A stretch of DNA of 64,000 nt from a virus. The position numbers and the translations under genes are program-made. Positions 63,633 to 64,000 of the stretch are shown one piece after another; position 1 is the stretch's first letter, and every line of letters begins with the position of its first letter. The DNA lies in IMG/VR virus record IMGVR_UViG_3300025009_000052. One strand, 5' to 3'. The notes beneath the pieces were generated by a model. That model ran no database searches and was not told the origin of the DNA. It worked only from the letters and a program-made list of their open reading frames with translations.

Positions 63633-64000
63633 TCACCTCACATATTTATTGTCGTTCATTACTCCGCTTCTTAACTGTATGTCGATCTCCTTTCTCATAT
63701 ATCGACATACATTTTCAAATACCTTTATTTTACCCTCGAAAAGTGCCTCCATAGCTTTTAACATTGCTAATCTATCCATAGCTGTGGTATATCCCTCTTT
63801 TCTTTCTAAAAACGCCTCTTTTGTTGCAGTAGAGTCCTTAGTTTTAGTTGTCTTAAGAAAATCAGGATACTCGTCAAGTAAACATTCTGATTTAATCCTG
63901 CGAATCTCTTTGTCAGTCATGGCCACTTGGTACATTATAGTACTTAAATGCTGCCTAGCTTGACGATATCCTTCATTAAAAACATACTCTAAAGAGGAAT
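63633..64000 (-). CDS. Helical protein, possibly UvsY-like mediator; 5' end outside the window
   Basis: Frame is open to the window edge; coiled-coil character near recA; function is a guess. Confidence 0.5.
   Translation of the reverse strand, partial: SSLEYVFNEGYRQARQHLSTIMYQVAMTDKEIRRIKSECLLDEYPDFLKTTKTKDSTATKEAFLERKEGYTTAMDRLAMLKAMEALFEGKIKVFENVCRYMRKEIDIQLRSGVMNDNKYVR

Larger units (their letters stand above)
1..64000. mobile_element. Segment of a large contractile-tailed (myovirus-like) bacteriophage genome
   Basis: Baseplate J-like, gp25-like, hub, spike, tape measure and fibre genes plus phage-type primase, helicase, RecA and ligase. Many short overlapping ORFans and no host housekeeping operons. 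Confidence 0.95.

Noticed and set aside
5071-63963. Antisense and alternate-frame ORFs in the track (e.g. 5526-5855, 8662-9078, 12227-12721, 25431-25751, 39339-39647, 57712-57969, 62734-63072, 63649-63963)
   Set aside because: They shadow well-supported genes, lack SD sites and have no recognisable motifs
1-64000. Stop-codon reassignment, prompted by the release-factor-like gene
   Set aside because: Long genes are intact under code 11; TAA, TAG and TGA all end genes at tight junctions; the GGQ protein lacks codon-recognition domains. The single TAA at 22662 is isolated.
1-64000. Prophage or contractile injection system (tailocin/eCIS) in a bacterial chromosome
   Set aside because: No integrase, att site or host genes; replication genes and ORFan density fit a free lytic phage

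Overview
This window is 64 kb of an AT-rich, gene-dense genome of a large contractile-tailed (myovirus-like) phage. No integrase, capsid or terminase gene, tRNA, rRNA or CRISPR array was seen. All functional calls come from motifs read by eye, not database searches. Layout: (1) 1-3.9 kb, leftward small early genes, including a TM2 protein, a truncated beta-clamp and a cold-shock domain. (2) 4.05-9.5 kb, tape measure, baseplate hub and spike, then a Zn-repeat HNH endonuclease. (3) 10.5-29.0 kb, a rightward accessory/metabolic block: Thg1-like polymerase, stand-alone GGQ release-factor domain, MazG-like, orphan MqsA-type Zn finger, DRB0094/Rnl5-type RNA ligase, two C39-like peptidases, CPBP protease, NDK, DNA ligase, zincins, metallophosphoesterase, HAD nucleotidase and dNMP kinase. 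(4) 29.0-53.6 kb, baseplate wedge and tail-fibre genes, interrupted by a 7-repeat Zn-finger nuclease and an inverted structural gene. (5) 53.6-64 kb, leftward replication genes: DEDD exonuclease, ClpP, primase, SF4 helicase, sigma-like protein and RecA. Two promoter classes appear readable: TT(G/A)TGG-TAnnnT (extended -10) before non-structural units, and AATCTT(T/A/C)A before every structural unit. The best candidate for a novel system is a clustered anti-ribotoxin / translation-rescue module at 11.3-17.4 kb. Also notable are modular Zn-repeat nucleases with swapped catalytic domains, 15-17 bp tandem duplications (one disrupts a gene), a premature stop in a ParB-like gene, and paralog pairs with conserved ends and variable cores.
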